From positions 32,116,001 to 32,180,000 of the forward strand of contig NC_042998.1 of NCBI RefSeq assembly GCF_006345805.1: DNA of 64,000 nucleotides. The letters are read 5' to 3'. The notes under the pieces were generated by a model, which searched no databases, was not told the origin of the DNA, and was given only the letters and a program-made list of their open reading frames with translations. This stretch comes from Octopus sinensis. Its lineage: Eukaryota. Shown here in pieces: positions 52,232-64,000 of this stretch. Position 1 is the first letter of the stretch. Each line of letters starts with the position of its first letter. The position numbers and the translations under genes are program-made.

Positions 52232-53088
52232 TTTATAACTAATATGAAATTGTTAAATGTTTGGAAAGATTTAGAAAGGAGTATATGAAGAGATAAACAT
52301 GAACAGTGATACGCTTAGTTTAATATATTTAGACAGATTCTGAGAAAAATGCTCAACAGTAAAAGGCAATAATTTCAGTTGCGGAAACTAATAAGAATTA
52401 CGTCTTGCTGATTCACATATCAGAATGCTGATTACCATTTAAATGTGAATCTTCGTATGAAAGAAATATCGATATCCAATTAATATCAATTGTACGACAT
52501 ACGTAAGCATTGATTTCGATTTTAAATTAATACAATTTAACCTACATTGTAATAGAATTATTTTTTCTTTACAGACAAGTAGTCAAGTAATACTTCTAAA
52601 GTAGAACTAAAAGCAATGAAAAAAAAAAGCATTTTAAACTTTCATTTAAAATTCCTTCGAAATAGTGTAATAGCAACAGGTTAGTTTAGGAGAAGCTTTC
52701 AAGCTACTGAAACTTAGATCTTATTACATACATAAATTCCTGTACATATAATAAGCTATACGAAGAGCTGTACTCTCATTTGTACTCAGTAGCATTGTTT
52801 TAACTTCTTATATGAGCATCAACTCAAATCGGATTGCAAGAAGGAATCGAATTCTCTGCTGAACTGCAAAACACAAATTATATTCATCTTTCAGTGATGC
52901 TCTTTTTCTCAAATAGCTTCAGATGGAAAATAAAATTATGAAGATTAAATTAACGTAAGTTCTCGTATATTTATCACAAACAACCACGGTATTTACTTGA
53001 AAGCTACTATTACGTTGAATACAATTTAAAATATGTCTCAAAGGTATATACTCACACATATGTTTGTATGTGTGTACCTGTGTCACTA

Positions 53089-53129
<41 letters not shown>

Positions 53130-53131
53130 TA

Positions 53132-53162
<31 letters not shown>

Positions 53163-53184
53163 GTGTATGTATATATATACATAC

Positions 53185-53411
53185 ATTATTGACATTTGAT
53201 GGATATTTGTCCTCATCTTATTTATTGTTAACACAAAGTTTCGGCTGATATACTGGGGAAATTTCGAACCTGGGTTCTCATTCGATAGTATCATTATTAT
53301 TCTGGTCACTGTCTGGAACTGAACTCGGAGTTATAGAGTGCATTTTAGGGCTTATAAATCTAATATTTTCGTATCCTTCCTTAATACCGGTTCCCATATG
53401 CTACTTATATC

Positions 53412-53415
<4 letters not shown>
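53185..53415 (-). mobile_element. Second copy of the same Penelope family 3' end, opposite orientation
   Basis: Reads ADISSIWEPVLRKDTKILDL*, matching 51930-51991. The following tail contains CAGCCGAAAC and ends in (TA)n. Confidence 0.72.
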
Positions 53416-53452
<37 letters not shown>

Positions 53453-55479
53453 ATAGAGAGAGAGAGATAGATAGATACCGATATGTATATATATATATGT
53501 ATACACACACATATATGTACGCATCTATACAAGAATATATATACACACACACATATATACATACACCCCATACACAAATTTATGTATGTATATGCCAAAG
53601 AGTAAAATTTTCAAGTTATGAGGAAACATATTCAAGAATACACTATCTTACATACAAAATAATGTAGGATCGAGCTGCTGGAAGATATATTGCATTCTAG
53701 GTCAATAGACTCCATTTCAAATCAGTTATGCTACAGTACAAACGATGTATACGTGTCTAAATGTTGTTACAGTTGATTATTTACAAGCCTAAAATTTTAA
53801 TTAAAATTTTAACATCCATTCTATTTTAAATTCATTTATTGTTTTAAGATTTAAGCAAAGAGAATTCACTCTTATTTATAATCAAACACTAATTATCAAA
53901 ATTCTTGTATAATTAAGCGTTTGTGTATTTTGATAGCAATAATGCAGATATTCTTCCTGAAGATCCAATGGAAGTCCTTCAAAATGAAGGTGTCTAGGAC
54001 CCTTGCTTGTAAAAGTTCTTCAACTCTGATTTAATGACATTTCATGAATACTTGATGAGGTCCAGGTTTAGATCATATCTCAATATCAATTTCCTAATAT
54101 TTGATAAGCATTTCTACTAATTTAGTGATATAGGTAAAAACACTATCACACGTATTTCTTCTCTTTCTTCCTTTTTCGTTGCCTGTTTGAATTATATAGG
54201 CTGTTGTTCAAAGAGATTCCAAAACGTCTGGAAATGATCTCCTTTCCTTATTTAGTTAGTTGTAGGTTAGCATTGACCAAAGAGATCAAAGAGATCTGTA
54301 ATGAAACGCATGCTAGCCGGGAACATATCGTCTTATTAGGGACAATAGTGTGCAATGAACTCATTTTCAAAACTGCAGAACGTGATTTGAGGGATAATTT
54401 TGGCATTCTGAAAAGATACAAAAGATACTGACGATAACATCTCATCTGTAATAACGAAGGATTTAAAAGTGGATTAGCTCTTATGAATAAACAAGTATTA
54501 CACTTCGTAAAGTAATATCTTCTGCACAGCCTAAACTGACAAACTCAGATCTATAAACGAAAGTGATAACTACTGTGTAATATTCTTTACATTTTATTTC
54601 AATACAACGATGTATACAGAAATGAAGTACTCTTCATTGAAAATCTTGATGTTAATTAATGAGGAGGGAAATGAGGAAATATTCTATTAGTGCAGAGACG
54701 AAAAATATTTATATATTTCAAATGCAAAGGTCCATCTGCAGAAAAAGGTACAGTAAAAGAAATGTCTCTATACGTAGATCTTGCCATTCTGGATAGCCGG
54801 GTGGGCGGTGTCCCAGTTTTAGTTCAGAGTTTTCTTTGACTTGTACCCTTCTGAAGACGGGCTTTTGCGCTCGTAATATATATAAAGATTTTTTCAACTT
54901 TCGTCTCTGTATTGTGAGAAACTCTCCTCATTTCCTTTTCCATTTATTATTTTCCTTCTATGGTACAGTGCTTCAAGCGAACTACAACGCTCTTCTCTAA
55001 TGTTAAATATTAGCTTAAGGAGAATAAAATCATAACTATTTGTATTTGAGCCCAGATTAATGCGTTATGAATTTTAATGCGGTATTTGGGGAAAATGAAT
55101 AACTGAATTCTAGTATTTGTCTGGCACTTAATTTAGGCAACCTACGAAAGGTGAAAATCAACCTAGGTGGTACATATCTTAGAATATAAAAGGCAAAATA
55201 AATTCAGCAGAGTGTTTTAACCCAGTGCTACTCAAAGCGTTAGTCCGCGGACCGATGGCTAAAATTAGTAGTACCTGTGTTTCAAAATGGGCCAGCCTTG
55301 TCACATTCTGTGTTACGCTGAAGTTCCCAGTGAACTACATTAAGGGTACGCGTGTCTGTGGAGTGCTCAGCCATTTTCACATTAATTTCACGAGCAAGCT
55401 GTTCCGTTGATTGGATCAACTGGAACCTTCGCCGTCGCAACCGACGGAGTGCCAGTATAATACATCTAATAAGCTGACC

Positions 55480-56228
55480 TGCCAGCGTTTTATTCCCGAC
55501 TGAAAGAGACGGGTAGCCGGACTTTCAACGCGTTCTACAAAACACTGCTTGTCGCAGCTGACCAGCTTGCAAAACGAAATCGGTACATGAAAACAATGTG
55601 GAAGCTTGCAGTGCAATCAAGTTTTGTTAAACCGTGCAAAAACTCTACATAAACTTATGAGATTGCCCCGAAATCCTGGCACAAACGGTTCAAGGGCTGC
55701 AATGAGGAAGGGTGAGGTGTGGTAGGGACAGGCACATTCGAATATTAGAGCTGGGTAGGGAAATGTTTATTGTCTTTCTAGACACACAACGGCTTTCAGG
55801 GTTGGTGTGGCAACTGTACACAGGATTACTCATGAAGATCTGTACGTGCCCAAATTTCTGCAACGTTTTTCGTCAGGGTGCTAAGGGACTAGCACACTGA
55901 TAACGAAATACTTGACAGAAATGTACATCACGACCGTCCCTCAACCTCCTTACAGATTGAACCTTGCTCCTAGTTACGTTTTGTTGTTCCTCAACCTGAA
56001 GGAGAACCTCATTGGCAACCTTACTGAAGATGAAGGAGATTGTAACAAGGGTCCTGGACACCTTTACTTTAAAGGGCTTCCACGGAGGACTTCATGAGGG
56101 GGCTGAAGTACTGAGTGCATTGAAGTCAGGGGATCCTACTTGAAGAAGATTAGAATTTAGTACTTCTTTGAAATTAATGAATGTCTCTCCTGAAAAAAGT
56201 TTGAAAACTTCTGGAATACACCTTGTAC
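55480..56228 (+). mobile_element. Degenerate mariner remnant
   Basis: Reads TVPQPPYRLNLAPSYVLLFLNLKE (HPPYSPDLAP motif). A TIR-like end CTGGAATACACCTTGTA lies at ~56212-56228. Confidence 0.68.
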
Positions 56229-57069
56229 ACACGCATTCAAAGAATTTCTACGTTGAAATATTCTACCAATCATTTAAGTATGGATTTCGAGAGATAACAT
56301 TTATTATTCGGTGTACTAATTCTATGGATTCTGTAACGCGTAGGAGCACCACTAAGCGTTAGTTTACACACACTGCATTCTATAGAATGCTATTTTGTAA
56401 TTTTCTGCAATCCCATGATAGAATTTACACTTAGCGATCAAAACTAATGGATCGTTAATTAATTAACCACCTCTTTACAATAGTGAATTATATTTCCTTT
56501 GAGTACTTATTTAGAGTTATATCCACTAACCAATGAAGAAATGCGTCTCGACTGCAAAAGTAAATAACAATAAGATATAACATTATCGACTTTTCTATTA
56601 CACAATATCAAATTTCATACTTAGTATCTTGGTACACTAAGTACTTGTCAACCTAAAACTGTTTGACCTGCTTGCACTGAGACATATCGCCATTTACGTG
56701 GTCTGCTTTGAAATTATGGTTGTGTGTATAATTACTCCGAAGATATAATCATTTTTCTAACGTGAATCGGCGGACACCTCTTTTATTTAACCTCTTTCCG
56801 GCTTGCATTACGAATATTCACCATTTTTGAAATTCTTTCATCTTTCTTTACTGAGCGTGTGATAATATTTTCGGTTTCTGCCTCATTTATTCAAAAGATT
56901 TCAGAGCTCTGTGTTTAATTAAAAGGATTGAAATTTTAAGTTGTAATTAGAATCTTTTATGAAGATTAACTTTATGAAGATTAAACTTTAAACTTGCAAT
57001 TGAAAGAATAAATCTATTAACAGTAACAACATATCTAACAACAGAAATATTTTAGCAGCATCAATTGCA

Positions 57070-57400
57070 GGAGGCGCAATGGCCCAGTGGTTAGGGCAGC
57101 GGACTCGCGGTCGGAGGATCGCGATTTCGATTCCCAGACCGGGCGTTGTGTGTGTTTATTGAGCGAAAACAACTAAAGCTTCACGAGTCTCCGGCAGGGG
57201 GTGGCGACCCCTGTTGTACTCTTTTTCCTGTCTCCGACTTCCTAGGCAACCGCTGAGCCTGGATGCGCATTCATCCATCTGTCGATGCTCTCGGTGTCGT
57301 GGGCTGACATGCTTTCTCTGCTGCGGGTCTTACGAATAGCAAAGGACCACGTTTCGGACTTTTCCCACGAAGACCGCTTCGCTCAACAAACAAGCATCAA
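57070..57400 (+). mobile_element. tRNA-derived SINE (GGAGGCGCAATGGCCCAGTGG head)
   Basis: A box TGGCCCAGTGG, B box GATTTCGATTCC, body GAGCGAAAACAACTAAAGCT shared with 12978-13270. A head fragment also occurs at 600-666(-). Confidence 0.78.
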
Positions 57401-57919
57401 CGCTAATTATCACCAACGACGGCAAACCATTTCAATAAAGATGGGGGGGGTACATTTAACTTCTAGCAGTTTTCAACAATTTTGCTACATTTTTTTTTTT
57501 TACTACCCGAGGCTTAAGTTAGTTAAAGAAAGTGTGAAATACAATATTTAGACATTAACTGAGAAAATTCATAGTTGAAAGAAGAATAAACCAAAGTTTA
57601 GAAATCAAAGATTTACGAAAACAGAAACAAGTTTTATTCAGTCCACTTCAGGAGACATATAAGTCAAACCACTGGTTTTATACTCATTAATAATCTTCAT
57701 TAAAATTCTAATTACAACTGACATTTTCACACTGACTTGTATTGTGTCCCATAAAATATTTGCTTCACCGGTGAAAGGATGACATCACAGCTATTTAATG
57801 ACTGTAGGGTGAGTAGTAAAAGTTTAACTAATTCTAAAATGTGTTCTCAAAAACAACAACGTTTCTTGAAGTATGGAAACTTTACATACAATAAAATAAA
57901 CTTACCAATGATTCGGTAG

Positions 57920-59193
57920 ATTACAACCCTGTCAAAAGTCAACTTCTTTAGCCTGTAATGAGCATCAAACCTCCGATACGCACTGACCGTCGTGCCATAT
58001 CCGGATTCGTAGTTGATCAAATTGGAGAGACAGTTCTTTCGCTTTTTATAGAAGGGCAGGACACCACTTGTGAAATGCTCTGTCTGTTGTGAAAAGCCGT
58101 TAAAGTGAGGTTTAGGGATGCCTTGGTTAATGATGCGCTGGAATGCGTTGAGGTTAAGGCATCTCTGGATTCTCCTGGATGGTGAACGGGTGTGGTCTCC
58201 GCTGGCCAGACAAATGTTCCCCGAATTCAAAAGTTTTTGCGGACAGGAAGCCTGGTGTTTTCGTAGACCTAGGTCAAGTGAATGGCATAAAGAGTGCCGT
58301 AAGGCCCTCCAGCTATTCCGGCGCTCGGGCAACGCCAGCGGTGGGGGTTCTACTCGAATTTTATATAGTGGATTGGTAGAGTCTGAATGTGACGATGACC
58401 TGGGGGCGACACTAGGTCTCGGGTTTATTCAACTGGACAGCCTGAGAACGTTGGACAACTTCCAAAAGTCCTTGTCCTGGCAATGTTACAGAGGTACCTC
58501 GCCCGTTTGGGATAAGCTCGCAAGACAAGGTAAGCGTCAGTCACCGACCTGTCCAAGATGCGGGTAGACAGGTAAACCGTCCCTCACGTTATTGTCCAGT
58601 GTCCGGAGATATCTGAAATGTGGGCGTATGCTGAACACCTGTTGTCCGGCGAAGGAAGAGTACAGCTGTCGATTGAGTCAATTATAAAAATTGACCCAGC
58701 GAAAGTTTTAACGAACGAAGGTAAGAATTGTTTACTCACGGTTGTAGCACTAGCAAAAGAGGCAGTATGGAAGACTAGGATAAAAGGGATTAAGACAGGC
58801 AACTTTATCTCCGGCCACGATTTACGATCATTTTTTACTTTTCATTTGAAAAGGAAGGTGTGGCTGGAGAATAGGTGTCTGTCGGAGAGTATGTTCAAAA
58901 AGAGATGGAAGCATGTTGCACGAGTGTTGTGCGTGCAAGGAACTGTGTGAATAGGCTATAAAAGAAGAACCAAAATAGTACCAGCGATAGATTGGGGCTT
59001 GTGGGGTCGGAACGTGGCCTGATCATCGCTCTATTTGTGTTGTCTCTGTATTGTTAATTTCATTCGATTTTTTATATATTTTATATAATTTTTATATTCA
59101 TATTTTATGTAAAATCATAACATATTACTGATTCCAATCAGTTGTTTTGTCCATTTCTGTGCTTGGCCCCCTGTGGGCAGCAATAAAGAAATT
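57920..59193 (+). mobile_element. 5'-truncated Tx1/L1-clade LINE (post-RT region, C-terminal CCHC, 3' UTR)
   Basis: Degenerate frames read GLGMPWLMMRWNALRLRHLW, CPRCG..H..QC and LAKEAVWKTR..FHLKRKV..FKKRW, with a stop at 58950. The 3' end is GGCCCCCTGTGGGCAGCAATAAAGAAA. Confidence 0.85.
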
Positions 59194-59757
59194 GGGATTT
59201 CTTCTGTCAGAGTTCAAATTCCGCTGAGGTCGACTTTGCCTTTCATCCTTTTGAGGTCGATAAATTAAGCACCAGTTGCGTATTAGGGTCGATCTAATTG
59301 ACTGGCCCCCCTCCCCAAATGTTTCGGGACTTGTGCCTAGAATAGACAAAGAATATTTTAGTAACATACATTAGATGGGGGAGTCGGTTATAGAGGACGA
59401 AATTTGTTCCATTAAGTCATTCCTAGTCAAGCGAACCTGAGATTAAATTTAACACGTGTAAAGGACCACTGCGCTTTCCTTTGTAAGTTGGTAAGGATGA
59501 TTTGACATAAATTTGGATTCTATTTCTATTCCAGGAAAACCAATCATGTAAGGAATCTCTATATTGATACAGAAAGAAGTAGTACATACAACACCTATAG
59601 TTTATCGACATGTCCACAAACAGAAGAAATTATCCAATTTAATATCAGGCTTAACTTTACTAAACAGGACCAAGTGGGCGAAGGATTCAGTCTACCAGCC
59701 TTGCTGCGAAGCGTAGAAATTGTTGACATAAAACCTGGACCTAACAGGCAATATCAA

Positions 59758-60151
59758 TCTCTCTCTATATAAAGCTGAAGTTGTTTGTGTATGGCAGGTT
59801 TAGTAGCCTTCAACTAACACTATCTCCTCCGAAACCCTGCGGCACAAGTTGACCAAAATTAAGAGTATGATAGAAGAAGGCTTGCTCTTCCTTCCGTAGA
59901 AGAAAGAAAATTCAAAGTGGACCATGTTAACACCAAAAATTATTTACATCAAAAAGGTGCTCTTTTTTCTATGAAAATCCCTATTTTTTACGATTTTTGA
60001 CTGCTGTATCGCCATTTTTCGGTGTATTTCAACCAGAAAAATGTTCACTTAAAGAGAATAACAAGCTACATAATGCAAAATTTTTACTTTTCAAAAATTC
60101 CAATTCTAAAGGGTCGAAAGAAACCCGAGCAACGCCGGACGATACTGCTAG
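59758..60151 (+). mobile_element. Non-autonomous Helitron
   Basis: Starts with TC after an A (TCTCTCTCTATATAAAGCTG), ends GCAACGCCGGACGATACTG-CTAG followed by T, and has no TSD, matching the Helitron A|T insertion pattern. Confidence 0.78.
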
Positions 60152-60868
60152 TGGTGAATATACAATAAATGCTGGCATTTTTCCTGCGTTCTAACTATCC
60201 TGCTACTTCGTGCTTTTTAAGGCAAATAAGTAAGACGTTCTGTATTAAAAAAACGTGAATTAATAGAGGAAAACATCACAAGTAGAGCAAGGAAAAAGAA
60301 CACATGTATCTTTGAGATGACATGAAACAAATACAGACATTTCATACCAAACTACTTCAAACCATTCCAATAAGGGAATCTTCAAACGACAATGTAATGT
60401 AGAATCCAAGATGATATTTTAAATAGAGAAAAAAATATGATAGTTTTCTTGATTCCTCTGTCGCTAACGTGTTTCTATCATTGAATTGTTAAATAATTGC
60501 TTTGAGGAATTTATTTGCCTCGTTACATTCACTAGAAGTTATTCAATCGAACACAAAGGCAGACATGAAGCGTCGTAAATCAACTGAAAAGTGCAGCAAG
60601 ATAGACAGGTAGGAATAACACAACGTATGAACACACGTGTGTGCGTGTGTGCGTGTGTATGTTTGTGTATGTGTGTGTATGTTTGTGCGTGCGCGTGTAC
60701 ATGTGACGACCTGCTAATAATGCATATATAAATATGTATACGTTCATGAATATATATATATATGCACATATAATAATATTAGGGAATAAATCCAAACTTA
60801 CAGAGAAAAATTAGATTTAGGATTAAATCCAATTTTATAGTATTAATGTATTATATTATATTATATCT

Positions 60869-62793
60869 AAATTAGAGATAAAACCACTATTAGGCAAATC
60901 AAACAGTGAAAATCATAAGCCAATACATAAAATTAATTTAAAAATATAAAAGTTAAAATTAAAAAAATTATTAAAATAATTTAAACTTATAAATTTTAAA
61001 TATATACATACAAATATATATATATATATATGTATGTATATTTTTATATTTATATATTATTTTATTCATTAATTTATTTATTTATATATTAATTTTTTTT
61101 CTTTTTATTATATAAATATCAAAAGTATTTAAAGTTTAATAAAAGATAAAAAGTAAAATACTATGATCGTTTCATGGCTGTACCAATTCGAATAACAATA
61201 ATTTAAATTCAATTAATAATTCGAATTATGGTTACAGTCAATCTTCAGGTTAATTGAAATATTTTTAAAATAATCAGAAATATTTAAACAATATTTTTAA
61301 GATATAAATAATATAATAATTTTACTTATAATAAACTCTATTATCAAACTAGAAACTTAAAACTTAACGGTTATGATTATATCAAAATCGATTATAATGT
61401 TAAATATTAATTTTAATTTTTAAGGTAAGAAACCCACCAATAATCTAATATCGGTAATAGTCTATATCTAATTACATAAATATTTTTTAAAAAATGACTA
61501 TTATATATAAATTATCAATGAAAATATATAAATGTATATAAATATTATAATTAAGATCTAAAATAATCTCTATAAATAAATATATATGCGCATATAATAA
61601 AGACCTAACAAATTACCTAATAAATTAATTTTTCATATTTAAAGATGAAATAGCTAATTTCAAAATTACAAACAAACTTAAACGAACTTTCGGAAATCTT
61701 ATATTTAAAACACTTATAGAAATAATCAAATCGTAGCATTAATTGTAGTTTTAAATTTCTTATAATTAAAATTAGATAAACTTAGATAAACTTAGATATG
61801 TTTCGACCAAAGATTAGTCCAGGCCATGTCTAACTTAATAGCATAACTTAGTTATTGTCTTTTTAAATTGATATTTGCTAGTTTTATTCCATTGATAAGT
61901 ATATTTATAGTATTTATAGTATGTATTCGATACTATATAACAACGAATTGATTATTTCTATAAGTATTTTAAATATAAGATTTCCGAAAGTTCGTTTAAG
62001 TTTGTTTGTTTGTATTTTTGAAATTAGCTATTTCATCTTTAAATATGAAAAATTAATTTATTAGGTAATTTATTAGGTCTTTATTATATGTGCATATATA
62101 TTAATTTATAGAGATTATTTTAGATCTTAATTATAATATTTATATACATTTATATATTTTCATTGATAATTTATATATAATAGTAATTTTTAAAAAAATA
62201 TTTATGTAATTAGATATAGACTATTACTGATATTAGATTATTGGTGGGTTTCTTACCTTAAAAATTAAAATTAATATTTAACATTATAATAGATTTTGAT
62301 ATAATCATAACCGTTAAGTTTTAAGTTTCTAGTTTGATAATAGAGTTTATTATAAGTAAAATTATTATATTATTTATATCTTAAAAATGTTGTTTAAATA
62401 TTTCTGATTATTTTTAAAATATTTCAATTAACCTGAAGATTGACTGTAACCATAATTCGAATTATTAATTGAATTTAACTTATTGTTATTCGAATTGGTA
62501 CAGCCATGAAACGATCGTAGTATTTTACTCTTTATCTTTTATTAAACTTTTGATACTTTTGATATTTATATAATAAAAATAAAAAAATTAATATATAAAT
62601 AAATAAATTAATAAATAAAATAATATATAAATATAAAAATATACATATATATATATATATTTGTATGTATATATTTAAAATTTATAAGTTTAAATTATTT
62701 GAATTTTAACTTTTATATTTTAAAATAAATTTTATGTATTGGCTTATGCTTTTCACTGTTTGATTTGCCTAATAGTGGCTTTATCTCTAATTT
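60869..62793. repeat. ~1.9 kb imperfect palindrome (arms ~865 bp, spacer ~208 bp)
   Basis: 60869-~61734 is the reverse complement of ~61943-62793 with only scattered substitutions and small indels. Confidence 0.95.
62433..62519 (+). ncRNA. Hammerhead-like motif with extended stem II in the right palindrome arm
   Basis: CTGAAGA, then a 68-nt self-complementary insert (TGACTGTAACCA..AATTCGAAT / ATTCGAATTGGTACAGCCA), then GAAAC-GATC-GT-A. Stem I pairing is weak. Confidence 0.42.
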
Positions 62794-62829
62794 AATATAT
62801 ACATACACACACACACCACACACACAAAC

Positions 62830-63610
62830 ATGATGTGGTGAATAAATTGTTCTCTAAACTACACAAAAATGAAAATATCACTGACATTTCATTTTCACAG
62901 ATATATTTACCAAAATTACATAAAAATATCTTCAAATACTAAAGAGTAATTTATTCAATAAACTCACCATTGCCTTCCACCACAGCCTCCAGATGACTTT
63001 GGAATCTCCTGCAACTCTTCTGGACTCTCTCCTTGTTTAAGTTGGCGAATGCTGCAATAGTTCTTGCCTTCAGTTCATCTTTGGTGTTACCAAGAATTTT
63101 GCTGGTCTCTCGCTCAACTGCGCCCCACACATAATAATCAAGGGGGTTGATGTCTGGAGAGCAAGGTGGCTAGATGTTAGGGGTGATGTGGTTGCAGAAA
63201 TTGTCTGACAGTCATGACTGGGTTCTTCTGCTTGTGTGGCATGGTGCAGAGCCCTGTTCCCAGACATAGGTTCTTCCAGCAACCACCTTCTTGACCCAGG
63301 GCATTACTACCTACTCAAGGCATTTGATGTAGTCCTACCTATTGAGTTTGAGGCATTGTGGGAGGATGAATGAAGGCATAACGTCGCCATCAATAGAGAT
63401 CACTCCAAACCCCATGATGTTGACTGGATGTTTGATTTTTATCACTCTCGGTAAATGTCCTCATATTGACACTCAAACACTCAGAAATTTTCGTATTGAA
63501 GTTTCCGGCGCGAATGCTAAGCAGCTCAGCATGTCGTTTCCAAATTTCTGGCAGAGAGTATTGCGTCATGGTATTGTTTGTTTCTCACAGACGGTGCCCA
63601 ACTGACCAAC
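62830..63610 (-). mobile_element. Internally deleted DD37D (maT) transposon
   Basis: The minus strand reads MTQYSLPEIWKRHAELLSIRAG.., a deletion, then YVWEQGSAPCHTSRRTQS..PPCSPDINPLDYYVWGAVERET..LEAVVEGNGEFIE*. Confidence 0.82.
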
Positions 63611-63689
63611 TATACTGTGTAGTCGACAAACTTACAAACAAACAATGCCCATGCGCGAAATAAAAAAATATAATATATTTTTTCTCTCC

Positions 63690-63835
63690 TTGTTTTTTTT
63701 CTGTGTCCCTTTCTGTAGAAGAGCGTAAGCTCGAAACGTAAAAGACTTTTTCTATTCCTGAGCGTTATAGTAACACATCTGTTTGTTTTGTACACCACCT
63801 GTCTTCGTCTCTTGTTTTTTTCGTGAACTCTCCCT
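63690..63835 (+). mobile_element. (TA)n-abutting element with hammerhead-like core, family B
   Basis: Copies lie at 63690-63835(+), 29800-29961(+) and degenerate 9983-10090(-). The shared downstream TTCCTGAGCG..CCACCTG..TTCGTC resembles family A. Confidence 0.62.
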
Positions 63836-64000
63836 ATATACGAAAGCCGTTCAATAAGTAATGCCCCTGACCCACTTCCTATAGCAGTAGAGCAACGAAA
63901 CTTGGCACAGTTATTAGTCTTTTTCTACATAGGAATCACCCAGAGTTACGCATTTCTCCCATTGTTTGATGCAGCTCTGGAGACCGTTTTTGTAGAAGAA

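Larger units (their letters stand above)
51484..54407. repeat. 159-bp inverted repeat pair (51484-51642 / 54249-54407)
   Basis: The arms are reverse complements with a single mismatch found (CCTGG vs CCCGG). Confidence 0.93.

Noticed and set aside
57847-58332. 161-aa minus-strand ORF
   Set aside because: It is antisense to the Tx1 ORF2 remnant.
245-60795. Dozens of ORFs rich in YI/IY, CV/VC, HT, LS or MYVC repeats
   Set aside because: They are stop-free translations of (TA)n, (TG)n, (CA)n, (TC)n and (TATG)n microsatellites, not genes.
61795-61835. Second hammerhead-like motif in the palindrome spacer (minus: CCTG-GACTAA-TCT-TTGGTC-GAAAC)
   Set aside because: The CUGANGA core is incomplete and stem III does not pair; too degenerate to call.
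60869-62793. Extremely AT-rich palindrome as a mitochondrial control-region NUMT
   Set aside because: No mitochondrial tRNA, rRNA or CDS remnants are adjacent, and the terminus resembles nuclear TA-anchored elements.

Overview
AT-rich, microsatellite-saturated eukaryotic DNA. The SINE families and repeat landscape suggest a coleoid cephalopod (Octopus-like); this is an inference, not a database result. I recognise no host protein-coding gene, rRNA, real tRNA or CRISPR array, and most short ORFs in the track are translations of microsatellites or antisense shadows. The window is essentially a transposon graveyard. It holds a full-length but disabled R4/Dong-clade LINE inside a (TAA)n tract, an ORF1-only (HAL1-like) retroelement, two Tx1/L1 3' fragments, RLE- and RTE-LINE 3' fragments, Penelope-like (PLE) fragments, mariner and DD37D (maT) remnants, Helitron, hAT and Kolobok-like non-autonomous elements, and several tRNA-derived SINE families. 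Two patterns stand out. (1) One 3' terminal signal (...TAGCCCCTGTGGG-AATAAAGAAA) is shared by the Tx1 LINE fragments, the ORF1-only element and a Nin-domain SINE subfamily, suggesting a three-tier mobilisation system. (2) Several (TA)n-associated short elements and head-to-head palindromes (131 bp, 91 bp and ~1.9 kb) carry hammerhead-ribozyme-like cores, suggesting a PLE/retrozyme-type system that makes fold-back DNA. All coordinates were read by eye and may be off by a few bases.
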